A DNA stretch of 33,991 nt, taken from the NCBI GenBank assembly GCA_947626215.1, contig CANQRJ010000001.1, positions 1 through 33,991 on the forward strand. The letters are read 5' to 3'. Position numbers and translations under genes: made by a program. The DNA is from an uncultured Bacilli bacterium (lineage in GTDB: Bacteria > Bacillota_I > Bacilli_A > RF39 > UBA660). The notes under the pieces are model-generated. The model was given only the letters and a program-made list of their open reading frames with translations, was not told where the DNA came from and ran no database searches. This document shows positions 9,809 through 19,816 of the stretch, piece by piece (positions within the stretch are counted from its first letter, which is position 1; every line of letters starts with the position of its first letter).

Positions 9809-11353
9809 ATGGAAAAATATTATATTACAACGGCTATTGCTTATGCTTCTGCCAAACCTCATATAGGGAATACTTATGAAATTGTTCTTGCCGATGCCAT
9901 TGCGAGATATAAAAGGAGTAAGGGTTTTGATGTCTATTTTCAAACAGGTACGGATGAGCATGGAGAAAAAATTGAATTAAAAGCAAAAGAAAATGGAATG
10001 AATCCTCAAGAATATGTAGATTTTATTTCCCGGGAAATAAAAAGAATTTGGGATATTATGAATACAAGTTATGATAAGTTTGTAAGAACAAGTGATCCTC
10101 ATCATAAGGAAGTAGTAGGTCGTATTTTTGAAAAACTTTATCAACAAGGGGATATTTATTTAGATAAGTATGAAGGACTTTATTGTACTCCTTGTGAGTC
10201 TTTTTGGACGGAGACTCAACTTGTGGATGGAAAGTGTCCTGATTGTGGTAGAGAAGTTGAAATGAGAAGTGAAGAAGCTTATTTCTTTAAGTTATCTAAA
10301 TATCAGGAGCGTTTGATGGAGTACATTGAATCTCATCCTGATTTTATTGAGCCTGTTTCTCGTAAGAATGAAATGATTCAAAATTTTTTGAAACCTGGTT
10401 TACAAGATTTATGTGTTTCTCGTACAACTTTTGACTGGGGAGTGAAGGTTCCTTTTAATGATAAACATGTTGTTTATGTTTGGATTGATGCTTTATCCAA
10501 TTATATTACTAATATTGGGTATGATGTAGATGGTGGAAGTGAGGAATTTAAAAAGTGGTGGCCTGCCGATTTACATTTGATTGGAAAAGATATTATTCGT
10601 TTTCACACGATTTATTGGCCTATTCTTTTAATGGCTCTTGATTTACCTTTACCAAAACAAGTTTTTGGGCATCCTTGGCTTTTGTTTGGCTCTGATAAAA
10701 TGAGTAAAAGTAAAGGAAATATTATGTATGCCGATGATTTAGTTCAGTTATTTGGAGTTGATGCGGTTCGTTATTATGTGTTACATGAGATTCCTTTTCA
10801 AAATGATGGAACGATTACTTATGAACTTATTATGGAACGTATTAACAGTGATTTAGCAAATGTTTTGGGTAATTTAGTGAATCGGACACTTGCGATGGCA
10901 AAGAAATATTTTGATGGAAAAATAACGTATTCTAATATTTGTGAACCTGTGGATCAAGAACTTCTTACTTCTATTCATAGTTTAAGTAAAAGATTGGAAG
11001 AAAAAATGGATGGTTTAGAAATTGGTCTTGCTATTGATGAAATTTTTGATACTCTTCGTAAGTGTAATAAATATATTGATGATACGATGCCTTGGTCTTT
11101 AGCAAAGGAAGAGGAGAAAAAAGGTAGATTAGAAACCGTTTTATATCATTTACTCGAAGCGATTCGTCTTTGTGCGATAGAAATTACACCATTTTTGCCT
11201 GATACAGGAAAAGAAATGATGAGACAATTAGGAAATCAAGATAACACTCGCGACTTTGTCGATGAATTTATTTATGAAGTAATGGATCCAACTCCAATAT
11301 TTGCGCGTATCGATATTCCAAAAAAATTAGAAGAAATAGAGAGTTTAAAATAA
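9809..11353 (+). CDS. metG: Methionine--tRNA ligase (short form, no C-terminal tRNA-binding domain)
   Basis: MEKYYITTAIAYASAKPHIGN (HIGH-type motif), KMSKS motif, zinc knuckles CTPCES and CPDCG. The start was moved from the ORF-track 9734 because 9734-9808 is the T-box terminator region. ATG 9800 is an alternative. Confidence 0.93.
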   Translation: MEKYYITTAIAYASAKPHIGNTYEIVLADAIARYKRSKGFDVYFQTGTDEHGEKIELKAKENGMNPQEYVDFISREIKRIWDIMNTSYDKFVRTSDPHHKEVVGRIFEKLYQQGDIYLDKYEGLYCTPCESFWTETQLVDGKCPDCGREVEMRSEEAYFFKLSKYQERLMEYIESHPDFIEPVSRKNEMIQNFLKPGLQDLCVSRTTFDWGVKVPFNDKHVVYVWIDALSNYITNIGYDVDGGSEEFKKWWPADLHLIGKDIIRFHTIYWPILLMALDLPLPKQVFGHPWLLFGSDKMSKSKGNIMYADDLVQLFGVDAVRYYVLHEIPFQNDGTITYELIMERINSDLANVLGNLVNRTLAMAKKYFDGKITYSNICEPVDQELLTSIHSLSKRLEEKMDGLEIGLAIDEIFDTLRKCNKYIDDTMPWSLAKEEEKKGRLETVLYHLLEAIRLCAIEITPFLPDTGKEMMRQLGNQDNTRDFVDEFIYEVMDPTPIFARIDIPKKLEEIESLK

Positions 11354-11354
11354 G

Positions 11355-12104
11355 ATGTTTACTGATACACATTGTCATTTATATTCAGAAAATTATGATT
11401 CTCTTTCTTCTATTTTAGAAAATGCTAAGAAGTCTCATGTCTCTTTCTTTTTTGTTTCGGGATGTGATCAAAAGTCTAACGAAGAGGTTTTGCGTGTTTT
11501 ATCTTTTGATCCTTCTATTTATGGTTGTTTAGGAATTCATCCAGAGGAAGCAGATTCCTATAAAAATGAAGATCTTCTTTTTTTAAAAAGTCATTTAAAA
11601 GATGAAAAAGTGATTGCCATTGGAGAAATTGGCCTTGATTATCATTATACAAAGGAAAATAAAGAAAAACAAAAAGAGTTATTTTGTAGGCAACTCGAAA
11701 TAGCATCAGAAAATCATTTACCCGTCGTGATACATTCTCGTGATGCGACAGAAGATACAATTCAAATTTTAAAAAAATACCCAAATGTGAAAGGAGTCAT
11801 TCATTCTTTTTCTGGTAGTTTAGAGACGGCCCGAATATATATTAAAATGGGTTATAAATTAGGAATTAATGGAGTAGTTACTTTTAAAAATAGTCATTTA
11901 ATTCAAGTGGTGAGGGAAGTCATGGATTTCATTGTTTTAGAAACCGATTGCCCTTATCTTACACCGCATCCATACCGTGGAACAAAAAATGAACCTAAAT
12001 ATATTTATGAAATTGCCCAGTTTATTAGTTTGGAGACCGGGAAAAGTTTAGAAGAAATCTCAGAAATTACCAATAAAAATATTGCTCAAATTTTTGACAA
12101 ATGA
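11355..12104 (+). CDS. tatD: TatD-family metal-dependent DNase/hydrolase (YabD)
   Basis: 249 aa. Motifs DTHCHL, IGEIGLDY, VIHSRDA and ETDCPYL. It follows metG as in Bacillus. Confidence 0.9.
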   Translation: MFTDTHCHLYSENYDSLSSILENAKKSHVSFFFVSGCDQKSNEEVLRVLSFDPSIYGCLGIHPEEADSYKNEDLLFLKSHLKDEKVIAIGEIGLDYHYTKENKEKQKELFCRQLEIASENHLPVVIHSRDATEDTIQILKKYPNVKGVIHSFSGSLETARIYIKMGYKLGINGVVTFKNSHLIQVVREVMDFIVLETDCPYLTPHPYRGTKNEPKYIYEIAQFISLETGKSLEEISEITNKNIAQIFDK

Positions 12105-12142
12105 TAGCTTTTTGTGTTATGATGTTTGCGTAAGGTGATAGT

Positions 12143-12679
12143 ATGAGACATCGAAAAATTTTGATTCCATTACAGATTCTTATTTTGGGATTCCTAGTAT
12201 TGATTGCCAATATTAGTACCATTAAGGATTATTCTAGTGTTTCTAGTAATGCTAGTAATAGAGTTGTAAATTTAACTACGATGGCTTTAAAATTAGAAGA
12301 AGATATTAAAAATGATTTATATAGTGCGAAAGATGAATTTGTTGGTGACATTACAGGATATGGTGCCGATTGTCCTTTGTGTGGTGGAACTTTAGCTTGT
12401 AAACCTAGTTATTATGTGAAAGATGGAACAACTACTTATCCAGATTTAGATTATGGAATGGTACGTATTGTAGCCTCTAGTCAAAGTCTTCCTTGTGGTT
12501 CTATTGTACGTTTTCAATTACCTAAAATTTCAAGTGAACCTATCATCGCGATTGTATTAGATCGTGGAGTTTTAGGAAATGATTTGGATTTACTAATGGA
12601 AAGTGAAAATTATGCCAATTTGTATGCGGGAAGAACTACGACTAGTTATGATGTTTTAAGAACTGGATGGACTCGTTAG
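12143..12679 (+). CDS. 3D-domain (RlpA-like barrel) cell-wall-associated protein, YabE-like
   Basis: 178 aa. N-terminal TM/signal anchor, CPLCGG motif, and a C-terminal IAIVLDRGVLGNDLDLLM segment typical of 3D domains. It occupies the yabE position after yabD. Confidence 0.7.
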   Translation: MRHRKILIPLQILILGFLVLIANISTIKDYSSVSSNASNRVVNLTTMALKLEEDIKNDLYSAKDEFVGDITGYGADCPLCGGTLACKPSYYVKDGTTTYPDLDYGMVRIVASSQSLPCGSIVRFQLPKISSEPIIAIVLDRGVLGNDLDLLMESENYANLYAGRTTTSYDVLRTGWTR

Positions 12680-12693
12680 AGTCTTTTTTTTTT
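12669..12693 (+). terminator. Rho-independent terminator
   Basis: GGACTC-gtta-GAGTCT stem overlapping the TAG stop, followed by T10. Confidence 0.55.
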
Positions 12694-12725
12694 GCCTTTT
12701 CTATGATATAGTACAGGAAAGGAAG

Positions 12726-13511
12726 ATGGCTATGGATTTTATAAGAGCTAAGAAAAGTTTTGGACAAAATTTTTTAAAGGATGAAAATGTTTTAAAAAAA
12801 ATTGCTACTAGTTTTAATGTTACAGAGAAGGATTTAGTCATTGAAATTGGCCCTGGTATGGGTGCTTTAACCAAATATTTAGTAAAAGCACCTAGTCATT
12901 TACTTTGTTATGAGATTGATACAAGATTTCAAGAGCTTTTAATGGGTTATCAAAATGAAAAGTGTCGGGTTATTTTTGATGATTTTTTAAATCGAAATTT
13001 AAAACATGATATAAAAGAAAATTATGAATGTATTTATGTGATTGCTAATATTCCTTATTATATTACCACTCCTATTATTGAACATATTTTGGAAAGTCAT
13101 GTAGAAATTTCTGGAATGACTTTACTTGTACAAAAGGAAGTTGCATCTCGATTTGCAGCTAAGCCAAAATCAAAAGATTATGGCTATTTTACGGTTTACC
13201 TTAATCATTTTTTTGATATTCAAGTGTTATTTGATGTACCAAATACGGCTTTTAATCCTCCTCCTAAAGTTACTAGTTCGGTGGTTTTAATGAAAAGAAA
13301 AGAAGCTCAAGAAATAGATATTTTGAAGTTTCAAAAATTTTTAAAAGATGCTTTTTCTCAAAAGAGAAAGACTTTAAAAAATAATTTAAAAGATTATGAT
13401 TGGGAAAAAATTCGTTTATTATTACAAGAACGGGGACTAAAAGAAGAAGTTCGAGCAGAGGAAATTTCTTATGAAGATTTTGTTTGGATTTTTAAATATT
13501 TAGGCTTATAA
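12726..13511 (+). CDS. rsmA: 16S rRNA (adenine1518/1519-N6)-dimethyltransferase RsmA/KsgA
   Basis: 261 aa. Motifs KKSFGQNFL, EIGPGMGALT and ANIPYYITTPI. Confidence 0.95.
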   Translation: MAMDFIRAKKSFGQNFLKDENVLKKIATSFNVTEKDLVIEIGPGMGALTKYLVKAPSHLLCYEIDTRFQELLMGYQNEKCRVIFDDFLNRNLKHDIKENYECIYVIANIPYYITTPIIEHILESHVEISGMTLLVQKEVASRFAAKPKSKDYGYFTVYLNHFFDIQVLFDVPNTAFNPPPKVTSSVVLMKRKEAQEIDILKFQKFLKDAFSQKRKTLKNNLKDYDWEKIRLLLQERGLKEEVRAEEISYEDFVWIFKYLGL

Positions 13512-13619
13512 ATTTTAAAATGTAAATTTTTTGTCAATTTTTTTTACTTGGAGTTTTCTTTTTTTTCCTTTAATGTTACAGTTATGATGTAAGTATATAG
13601 CATTAAAGGAGGAATTTAT

Positions 13620-14276
13620 ATGGCTTTTGTTTACAATCCAGAGTCTGTTAAATCTTGGTCTAACAGTCTGGTAAAAAGTATTAATGGAGAGGAAGATAGT
13701 GTTTCTAGTTGTACTAGAAAGTTTTCTGAATTAATGAGTGAACTTGTAAAACCTGCAGTATGGACTGGATCTGCGGCTTATCAAAATTATCAAAATTTTT
13801 TAGAAACTCACAATGCTTTAGTGGCTTTCTCTAATGAATTTGGTGAGGCTTTTGCAACCACTATGAATGAAGTTGCTAAAAATGTTGCAGGATTAGAAGT
13901 TGCTAATTTAGGAACGGATACTAATGTTGCTACTACTTTTGGAGAACTTAGTTTTAATCAATTATCTCAAATGGCAGCCGAAAATATAAACAAAGAATTA
14001 GTTACTTATGATTATGAAGTAATAAGTAGCATCGGAAATTCTTTAAAGCAAATTAAAGAAGTTTTGGATGGAGTAAAAGTTAATTTGCTTTCAACTATTA
14101 ATCGTTTAAATAGTGGAGAAGGAATTTGGGATGGCGATGCGGCAGAAAGCGCAAAGACAACTTTATCAAACACTGCTAATACTAATATGACTAAAATTTA
14201 TAGTAACTTAGACATTTGTATTAGTAATATTTCTGAAGCTGCTATCGCGGCACAAAATGCAGATAAAGGAATGTAA
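13620..14276 (+). CDS. Tandem (fused) double WXG100-like protein, putative T7SS substrate
   Basis: 218 aa, about twice the WXG100 length. Two W-x-G motifs are each embedded in helical context: VWTGSAA (W48, nt 13761-13769) and IWDGDAA (W170, nt 14127-14135). Strong SD AAAGGAGG. First gene of the T7SS operon. Confidence 0.7.
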   Translation: MAFVYNPESVKSWSNSLVKSINGEEDSVSSCTRKFSELMSELVKPAVWTGSAAYQNYQNFLETHNALVAFSNEFGEAFATTMNEVAKNVAGLEVANLGTDTNVATTFGELSFNQLSQMAAENINKELVTYDYEVISSIGNSLKQIKEVLDGVKVNLLSTINRLNSGEGIWDGDAAESAKTTLSNTANTNMTKIYSNLDICISNISEAAIAAQNADKGM

Positions 14277-14317
14277 AAGTTTCTTTTTTAAAGAAAAGAT
14301 TTGAGAGTATTATTCTC

Positions 14318-14346
14318 TTTCTTTTCTTTTTTTTGTGTGTTATAAT
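14318..14346 (+). promoter_or_regulatory. Candidate extended -10 promoter upstream of essC
   Basis: TGtTATAAT at 14338-14346 with a weak -35 TTTCTT 17 nt upstream. It lies in the 95-nt gap after the double-WXG gene. Confidence 0.4.
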
Positions 14347-14371
14347 TTCTATAGAATAAGAGGGAAGTGAT

Positions 14372-17300
14372 TTGATGAAGTTACTTATTTTTTTAGAATC
14401 AACTAGAACTTATCAAATATTCTCTTTACCAACTGTTATTGATGGAAATTATTGGGTTCATATTTTAGATGAAAATGGTCAAATTAAAAACATTTTAAAT
14501 GTGTATGCTTTAGATGGACGTTGGGTTTATCAAGAAAATGGTCAAATTATTCCTTTGGAAGTTTATCGATTTTATTCTATTTCTTTTAAAGAAAAAATGT
14601 TATCTATTTATACATTACCTTTATATAATTCTAATTTGGAAATTTTTTTCTTTAAACAAATGAATCAATTTTGTTTAGGAAAAAAAGATTCTGATATTCT
14701 TTATGAAGATTATAATGGAGTTCTTACTTTTACAAAGAAGAATGAAAAATGGATTATGCAGTGCGATAAACCTGAAAATGCTATTTATGTAAATCAAAAA
14801 TTAACTTCTGGAAAATTATTGGAAACCGGAGATCATTTATTTGTTCATGGATTAAATTTATATGTTTTAGGTTCATTTTTTGCAATAGATAATCCGAATC
14901 AAAAACGAAAAATTATTTCTTCTACTATTCAATTGGTTCAAGTTCCTATGTTAAAAGAATCTTTAGATGATGATTTGGATGTTCTAAGTATATATGATAA
15001 AAAAGATTATTTTTATCGTTCTCCTAGATTTCGAAATGTTATAAATGAAGTTTCTGTGGTTATAGATGCTCCACCAAATAGTTCTATTAGGGAAGAGATG
15101 CCTTTTTTACTTCAAATGGGATCTATGCTTACCATGGGTATGAGTTCTATGGTAACTTTATTTGTTTCTGTAAGTGGAATTGTTAGTGGTGAAAAAACGA
15201 TTCAAAATACTTGGCCTAGTTTAGTTATAGGTGTTTCTATGATGGTAGGTATGTTATGCATTCCATTGTTTACGAAACGTTATCAGAAAAAACAATCTTT
15301 AAAAAATGAAAAAATTCGACAAGAAAAATATTTAGAATATTTAGCATTGAAAAAGAAAGAAATTTATCAAGTAATTGAAGATCAACAACAAGCTTTTAAT
15401 GCGAATAGTGTATCATTAGAACAATGTGAAGACATTATATTACATCATAGAAGAAATTTATGGGAAAGAAAGATTGAACATGATGATTTTTTAAGTGCTC
15501 ATATTGGAATTGGTGAAATACCTGCCAAAATTAAAATTCAGTTTCCAGAGGAACATTTTTCTTTAGATAATGATAATTTAAAAGCAGAAGTTCAAAAAAT
15601 GGCAAAAGAACCAAGAACTCTTAAAAATGTTCCAATTAATGTTTCATTTGTTCAAAAAAATATATGTGCTATTTTAGGAAACTTTGAATTAATTCCTTCT
15701 TTTTTGAATACCATTTTATTGCAATTTATTGCTTTTCAATCTTATGAAGATGTGAAATTTGTAATTTTTACTACTAAAGATTCTAAAGAAAAATGGGAAA
15801 GTTTTAAAAAAATTCCTTATTTATGGAATAATGAGAAGACTTTTCGATATTATGGAGAAACAAAAGAAGATATTTTTTCAATCTGTACTTTATTAAATGA
15901 AGAATTTCAAAATCGTGCGATGAATGAAGATACAAAATCTACGGATAAAGATTATAAAAATTTTTTACCTTATTATGTCATTATTACTGATAATTTTGAA
16001 GAAATAAGAGATTTTGATTTTATTAAAAATGTTTTAAAGTCGAAAGTAAATTATGGATTTAGTTTTCTTATTATTAATGAGCGACTAATGGGATTACCTA
16101 ATGAATGTAATTCTTTTATTAATGTAGATGCAAATCAATCAGGTATGATTGAAAATGAGTTATCATCAGATCGCCAACAAGTTTTTCAAGCAGAGTTTTT
16201 AAATAAATCCTTAGATCCATTGTTTCAAGAAATTTGTAATATTCCTATTGAGTTTACGAAATCAAAAGGGAACATGCCCGAAAGTATTAGTTTTTTGGAA
16301 TTATATAATGTTGGAAAAGTAGAACAGTTAAATGCTTTGAATCGATGGAAAACAAATCATTCTTATGAAACATTAAAAGCTCCTGTTGGAGTAGATCAAA
16401 ATGGGGGACTTTTCTTTTTGGATTTACATGAAAAGGCTCATGGGCCACATGGTCTTATAGCAGGGATGACAGGTTCTGGTAAATCTGAATTTATTATTAC
16501 CTATATTTTATCTATGGCACTTAATTATCATCCATATGATGTTTCTTTTGTACTTATTGATTATAAGGGTGGTGGACTTGCAGGTGCTTTTGAAAATAAA
16601 GATTTAGGAATTAAACTTCCTCATTTAGCAGGGACTATTACCAATTTGGATACGGTAGAAATTGGTCGTAGTTTAGCTTCTATTGAAAGTGAATTAAAAA
16701 GAAGACAAAAGTTATTTAATGAAGCAAGAGAACAAACGAATGAAAGCACGATTAATATTTATAAATATCAAAAATTATATCATCAAGGAATTGTAAAAAC
16801 TCCTGTACCACATTTGTTTATTATTAGTGATGAATTTGCAGAGTTAAAAAGTCAACAACCAGAATTTATGGCTCAGTTAATTTCTACGGCTAGAATAGGT
16901 CGTTCTTTAGGAGTTCATTTAATTTTAGCAACTCAAAAACCAAGTGGAGTAGTCGATGCTCAGATATGGAGTAATTCTAAATTTCGTGTTTGTTTAAAAG
17001 TTCAAGATCGTAGTGACAGTATGGATATGATTAAGGTTCCTGATGCGGCGGCTTTATCTACCGTTGGAAGGTTTTATTTACAAGTTGGATATAATGAATT
17101 TTTTGCAATGGGACAATCTGCTTGGGCAGGAGCTCCATATTATGAAATGGATGAAAGAAAAACAAAGATTGATTCATCGATTCATTTTGTAGATAATGTG
17201 GGGAAAGTAATTAAGTCTGTAGAACAGGAAAATCAAAAAATGAAATCATCTTTTAAAGGTGAGGAATTACCAGCTATTTTAAAATATATTTCTGATTTAG

Positions 17301-18931
17301 CTAAAAAAGAGCAGATTCATGTGGATCCTTTATGGCTTTCTAGTATTCCTGAATTTATTACGATTGGGACTTTGGAGAAAAAATATAGTTATAAAAGTAT
17401 TCCTTTTGTTTTGAATGAAGTAATTGGTGAATATGATTCTCCTTCTACACAAAGTCAACATTTACTTACTCTTCCTATTTCAAAAGATGGTAATGTTTTA
17501 CTTTATGGTGCAAGTGGAAGTGGAAAAGAAAACTTTCTTACAACTTTTATACTTTCAACTATTTTACATCATACTCCAGAAGAAGTTCAGTTTTATTTAT
17601 TAGATTTTGGAGCAGAAACCCTTACAATGTTTCAGGATGCTCCTCATGTTGGAGATGTCGTTTTTTCTTCTGATAATGAAAAAGTAACCAATTTATTTAA
17701 AATGATTAATGAAATGGTACAAACTCGTAAATCAAAATTTATGAATTTTGGTGGTACTTTTGAATCTTATAATGCTAAAAATGATAAAAAAGAAGCTAAT
17801 GTAATTATCGTTTTAAATAATTATGAGAATTTTAAAGAATTATATGAAAATTTTGAAGAAGATTTGATTTCTCTTACTAGAGAAGCTACAAAATATGGTA
17901 TTTATTTTATTTTAAGTGTTTTGAGTTCTAATAGTATTCGTATTAAATTGTTTCAAAACTTTAAATCGATTTATTCTTTACAATTAAACAATGAAGATGA
18001 ATATACAAATATTTTAGGAAATGTACATAAAACTTTTCCTTCTAAGAAATTTGGTAGGGGCATTACTCGCATACAAGGAGAAATTTATGAATTTCAAACG
18101 GCTTATGTATGTGAAAAAGAACATATTGTAGACACTGTCCGAGATTTTTGTTTAAAACTTAAAAAATATTATTCTAGTTACGCTAAAAAAATACCAGTGT
18201 TGCCTCAAAAAGTTACTTATTCTGCTCTTTCACCAATACAATATTCTTTGGAAGATTTTGTAGTGGGTGTAGAAAAAGATTCTTTAGAATTATCTAGATG
18301 TAATTTTAAATCTAAAACAGTTTCTTTTGTTACGGCTTTAGAATTAGATAATTTAGAAAATTTTACTTACGGATTAATTGATTTCTTTCAACCTTTATCT
18401 AATCATTTACTATATGTCTTAGATATGGGTTCTTCTCTTGATCCTAGAAAAGTTCATTCTAAATATTACTATTCTAAAAAAGTTTCTGATGTATATCAAA
18501 GTGTCTGCGATTATATTGATAAACTAGCTCTTGATTTTGCAAATAATCAAAAAGATGAACAACGATTAGAAAAGTATACCCATTTAACTCTTATTATTTA
18601 TGGTATTGAAGACTTTTTCAAACTTATAAAAGAAAATATGGAAAAATTTGAAAAGTTGTTACAAAATGGTCATGATCTAGAAAAATTAAATATTATTTTA
18701 GTCGATGCAAGTTACTCCATTAAGAAATATGAAATGGATTCATGGTATCGTAATTTTGTGATGAGCAATCATGGTATTTGGGTAGGAAGTGGTATTACGG
18801 AGCAATTTGTTTTAAAACTTGCTAAAACTCCAAAATATTGTTATGAAGAAATTTCAAATCAATATGGTTATGTTGTCAAAAATGGAGTGCCTGTTCTTGT
18901 AAAATTATTAGAAGGTGATAAGAGTGAATAA
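14372..18931 (+). CDS. essC: Type VII secretion FtsK/SpoIIIE-family ATPase EssC/YukB
   Basis: 1519 aa. FHA-like N-terminus, two TM helices (about aa 245-305), D1 Walker A GMTGSGKSE (nt 16463-16486) with Walker B LFIISDEFAEL, D2 Walker A GASGSGKE (nt 17507-17530). No GxxGxGK[ST] is recognisable in the last ~300 aa (degenerate D3). ATG 14375 is an equally likely start (TTG 14372 in the track). Confidence 0.93.
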   Translation: MMKLLIFLESTRTYQIFSLPTVIDGNYWVHILDENGQIKNILNVYALDGRWVYQENGQIIPLEVYRFYSISFKEKMLSIYTLPLYNSNLEIFFFKQMNQFCLGKKDSDILYEDYNGVLTFTKKNEKWIMQCDKPENAIYVNQKLTSGKLLETGDHLFVHGLNLYVLGSFFAIDNPNQKRKIISSTIQLVQVPMLKESLDDDLDVLSIYDKKDYFYRSPRFRNVINEVSVVIDAPPNSSIREEMPFLLQMGSMLTMGMSSMVTLFVSVSGIVSGEKTIQNTWPSLVIGVSMMVGMLCIPLFTKRYQKKQSLKNEKIRQEKYLEYLALKKKEIYQVIEDQQQAFNANSVSLEQCEDIILHHRRNLWERKIEHDDFLSAHIGIGEIPAKIKIQFPEEHFSLDNDNLKAEVQKMAKEPRTLKNVPINVSFVQKNICAILGNFELIPSFLNTILLQFIAFQSYEDVKFVIFTTKDSKEKWESFKKIPYLWNNEKTFRYYGETKEDIFSICTLLNEEFQNRAMNEDTKSTDKDYKNFLPYYVIITDNFEEIRDFDFIKNVLKSKVNYGFSFLIINERLMGLPNECNSFINVDANQSGMIENELSSDRQQVFQAEFLNKSLDPLFQEICNIPIEFTKSKGNMPESISFLELYNVGKVEQLNALNRWKTNHSYETLKAPVGVDQNGGLFFLDLHEKAHGPHGLIAGMTGSGKSEFIITYILSMALNYHPYDVSFVLIDYKGGGLAGAFENKDLGIKLPHLAGTITNLDTVEIGRSLASIESELKRRQKLFNEAREQTNESTINIYKYQKLYHQGIVKTPVPHLFIISDEFAELKSQQPEFMAQLISTARIGRSLGVHLILATQKPSGVVDAQIWSNSKFRVCLKVQDRSDSMDMIKVPDAAALSTVGRFYLQVGYNEFFAMGQSAWAGAPYYEMDERKTKIDSSIHFVDNVGKVIKSVEQENQKMKSSFKGEELPAILKYISDLAKKEQIHVDPLWLSSIPEFITIGTLEKKYSYKSIPFVLNEVIGEYDSPSTQSQHLLTLPISKDGNVLLYGASGSGKENFLTTFILSTILHHTPEEVQFYLLDFGAETLTMFQDAPHVGDVVFSSDNEKVTNLFKMINEMVQTRKSKFMNFGGTFESYNAKNDKKEANVIIVLNNYENFKELYENFEEDLISLTREATKYGIYFILSVLSSNSIRIKLFQNFKSIYSLQLNNEDEYTNILGNVHKTFPSKKFGRGITRIQGEIYEFQTAYVCEKEHIVDTVRDFCLKLKKYYSSYAKKIPVLPQKVTYSALSPIQYSLEDFVVGVEKDSLELSRCNFKSKTVSFVTALELDNLENFTYGLIDFFQPLSNHLLYVLDMGSSLDPRKVHSKYYYSKKVSDVYQSVCDYIDKLALDFANNQKDEQRLEKYTHLTLIIYGIEDFFKLIKENMEKFEKLLQNGHDLEKLNIILVDASYSIKKYEMDSWYRNFVMSNHGIWVGSGITEQFVLKLAKTPKYCYEEISNQYGYVVKNGVPVLVKLLEGDKSE

Positions 18932-19175
18932 GGTTTTAGTTTCTATTTATGTGATTAAATTAGATCAGGAGTATGAAATATTTTTGCCACCTAATAAAAA
19001 AATTGTTGATGTTATTTGTATGATTGCAAAATCAGTTCATGAAATAAGTAATGAAGTGTTTCCTTTAAATTATCAAAATTTGTTATATGATTGTGAACAA
19101 AATATTTTTTATGATCCTCAAAAATCGGTGAAAGAGGCCGGCTTAAAAAATGGAAAACGATTGATTTTCTTTTAG
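18924..19175 (+). CDS. esaB: YukD/EsaB-like ubiquitin-fold T7SS accessory protein
   Basis: About 83 aa, overlapping the essC stop. SD AGGTGA lies 5 nt before GTG 18924 (the track starts at GTG 18915). Small beta-grasp-like sequence ending GLKNGKRLIFF, in the conserved position after essC. Confidence 0.6.
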   Translation: MNKVLVSIYVIKLDQEYEIFLPPNKKIVDVICMIAKSVHEISNEVFPLNYQNLLYDCEQNIFYDPQKSVKEAGLKNGKRLIFF

Positions 19176-19208
19176 TTTCATGTTATCTTTATAAGGGAGA
19201 ATCGAAAT

Positions 19209-19511
19209 ATGGACATTAAAATAGATGAAGTAGAAATGAAAAATTTAAGTAGTAATATTCATAGACAGGCCGAAAGTATTCGAAAACTTTGTCAGTCTTT
19301 AAATTCTGTTACTACTTCTCTTACACCTTATTGGAAAGGCGAGACTTTTGTTCAATTTTCTTCTAAAGTAATTGGTGATAGTGATTCTTATCAAGCGAAT
19401 CTTACGAAATTTTCTAAAGAGTTGGACGATATTGCGACGTATATGGAACAATCTATTGCTCTTTATGAAAAAATGGATTCTACGTATCATTCTAAAAAGA
19501 TAGATTTGTAG
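19209..19511 (+). CDS. WXG100 family protein (EsxA-like)
   Basis: 100 aa, helical, with central YWKGETFVQF (W-x-G at aa 42-44) as in EsxA NWEGQAFSRF. Confidence 0.8.
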   Translation: MDIKIDEVEMKNLSSNIHRQAESIRKLCQSLNSVTTSLTPYWKGETFVQFSSKVIGDSDSYQANLTKFSKELDDIATYMEQSIALYEKMDSTYHSKKIDL

Positions 19512-19519
19512 GTGAGATT

Positions 19520-19816
19520 ATGGATTTTTTTGATTATAATTATGTAGAAAATGCTTTATTGGAGTATCAATCTTTAAAAAATCAATTAGAACAAATTTTA
19601 GATATTTTAGAAAATCTTGAGAAACAGTTAAGTGAAGAACTTTATTGGTCTGGTGTTGGTTGTGATTTTGTAAAACAAAAATATTCTTCTTTACTTCATA
19701 ATGCATCCGATTTAAGAAGTGCAATGACTAATTTATGTGCATATGTTTCAGGTGTGATTGAAAATCATCGATTAAGTGAAGAAAAGATTGCTAGTTTGTT
19801 TGGAGGTTTTTCATGA
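19520..19816 (+). CDS. WXG100-like small helical protein (possible Lap1/DUF3130-type effector targeting factor)
   Basis: 98 aa, helical, with YWSGVG (W-x-G at aa 43-45). It starts 8 nt after the preceding gene and lies upstream of the giant substrate. Confidence 0.6.
   Translation: MDFFDYNYVENALLEYQSLKNQLEQILDILENLEKQLSEELYWSGVGCDFVKQKYSSLLHNASDLRSAMTNLCAYVSGVIENHRLSEEKIASLFGGFS

Noticed and set aside
11515-11784. 89-aa antisense ORF inside tatD
   Set aside because: It is fully nested antisense to a conserved CDS, with no SD and no recognisable motifs.
14277-14330. Possible terminator/attenuator after the double-WXG gene (TCTTTT-ttaaag-AAAAGA and GAGAG-tattatt-CTCTT)
   Set aside because: The stems are only 5-6 bp, almost all A-T or with G-U pairs. 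They are too weak to call, although partial termination before essC would be biologically plausible.
19299-19724. Antisense ORFs 19299-19490 and 19518-19724 opposite the WXG100-like genes
   Set aside because: The plus-strand genes have W-x-G motifs, RBSs and operon logic. The antisense ORFs are basic and low-complexity and lack start contexts.
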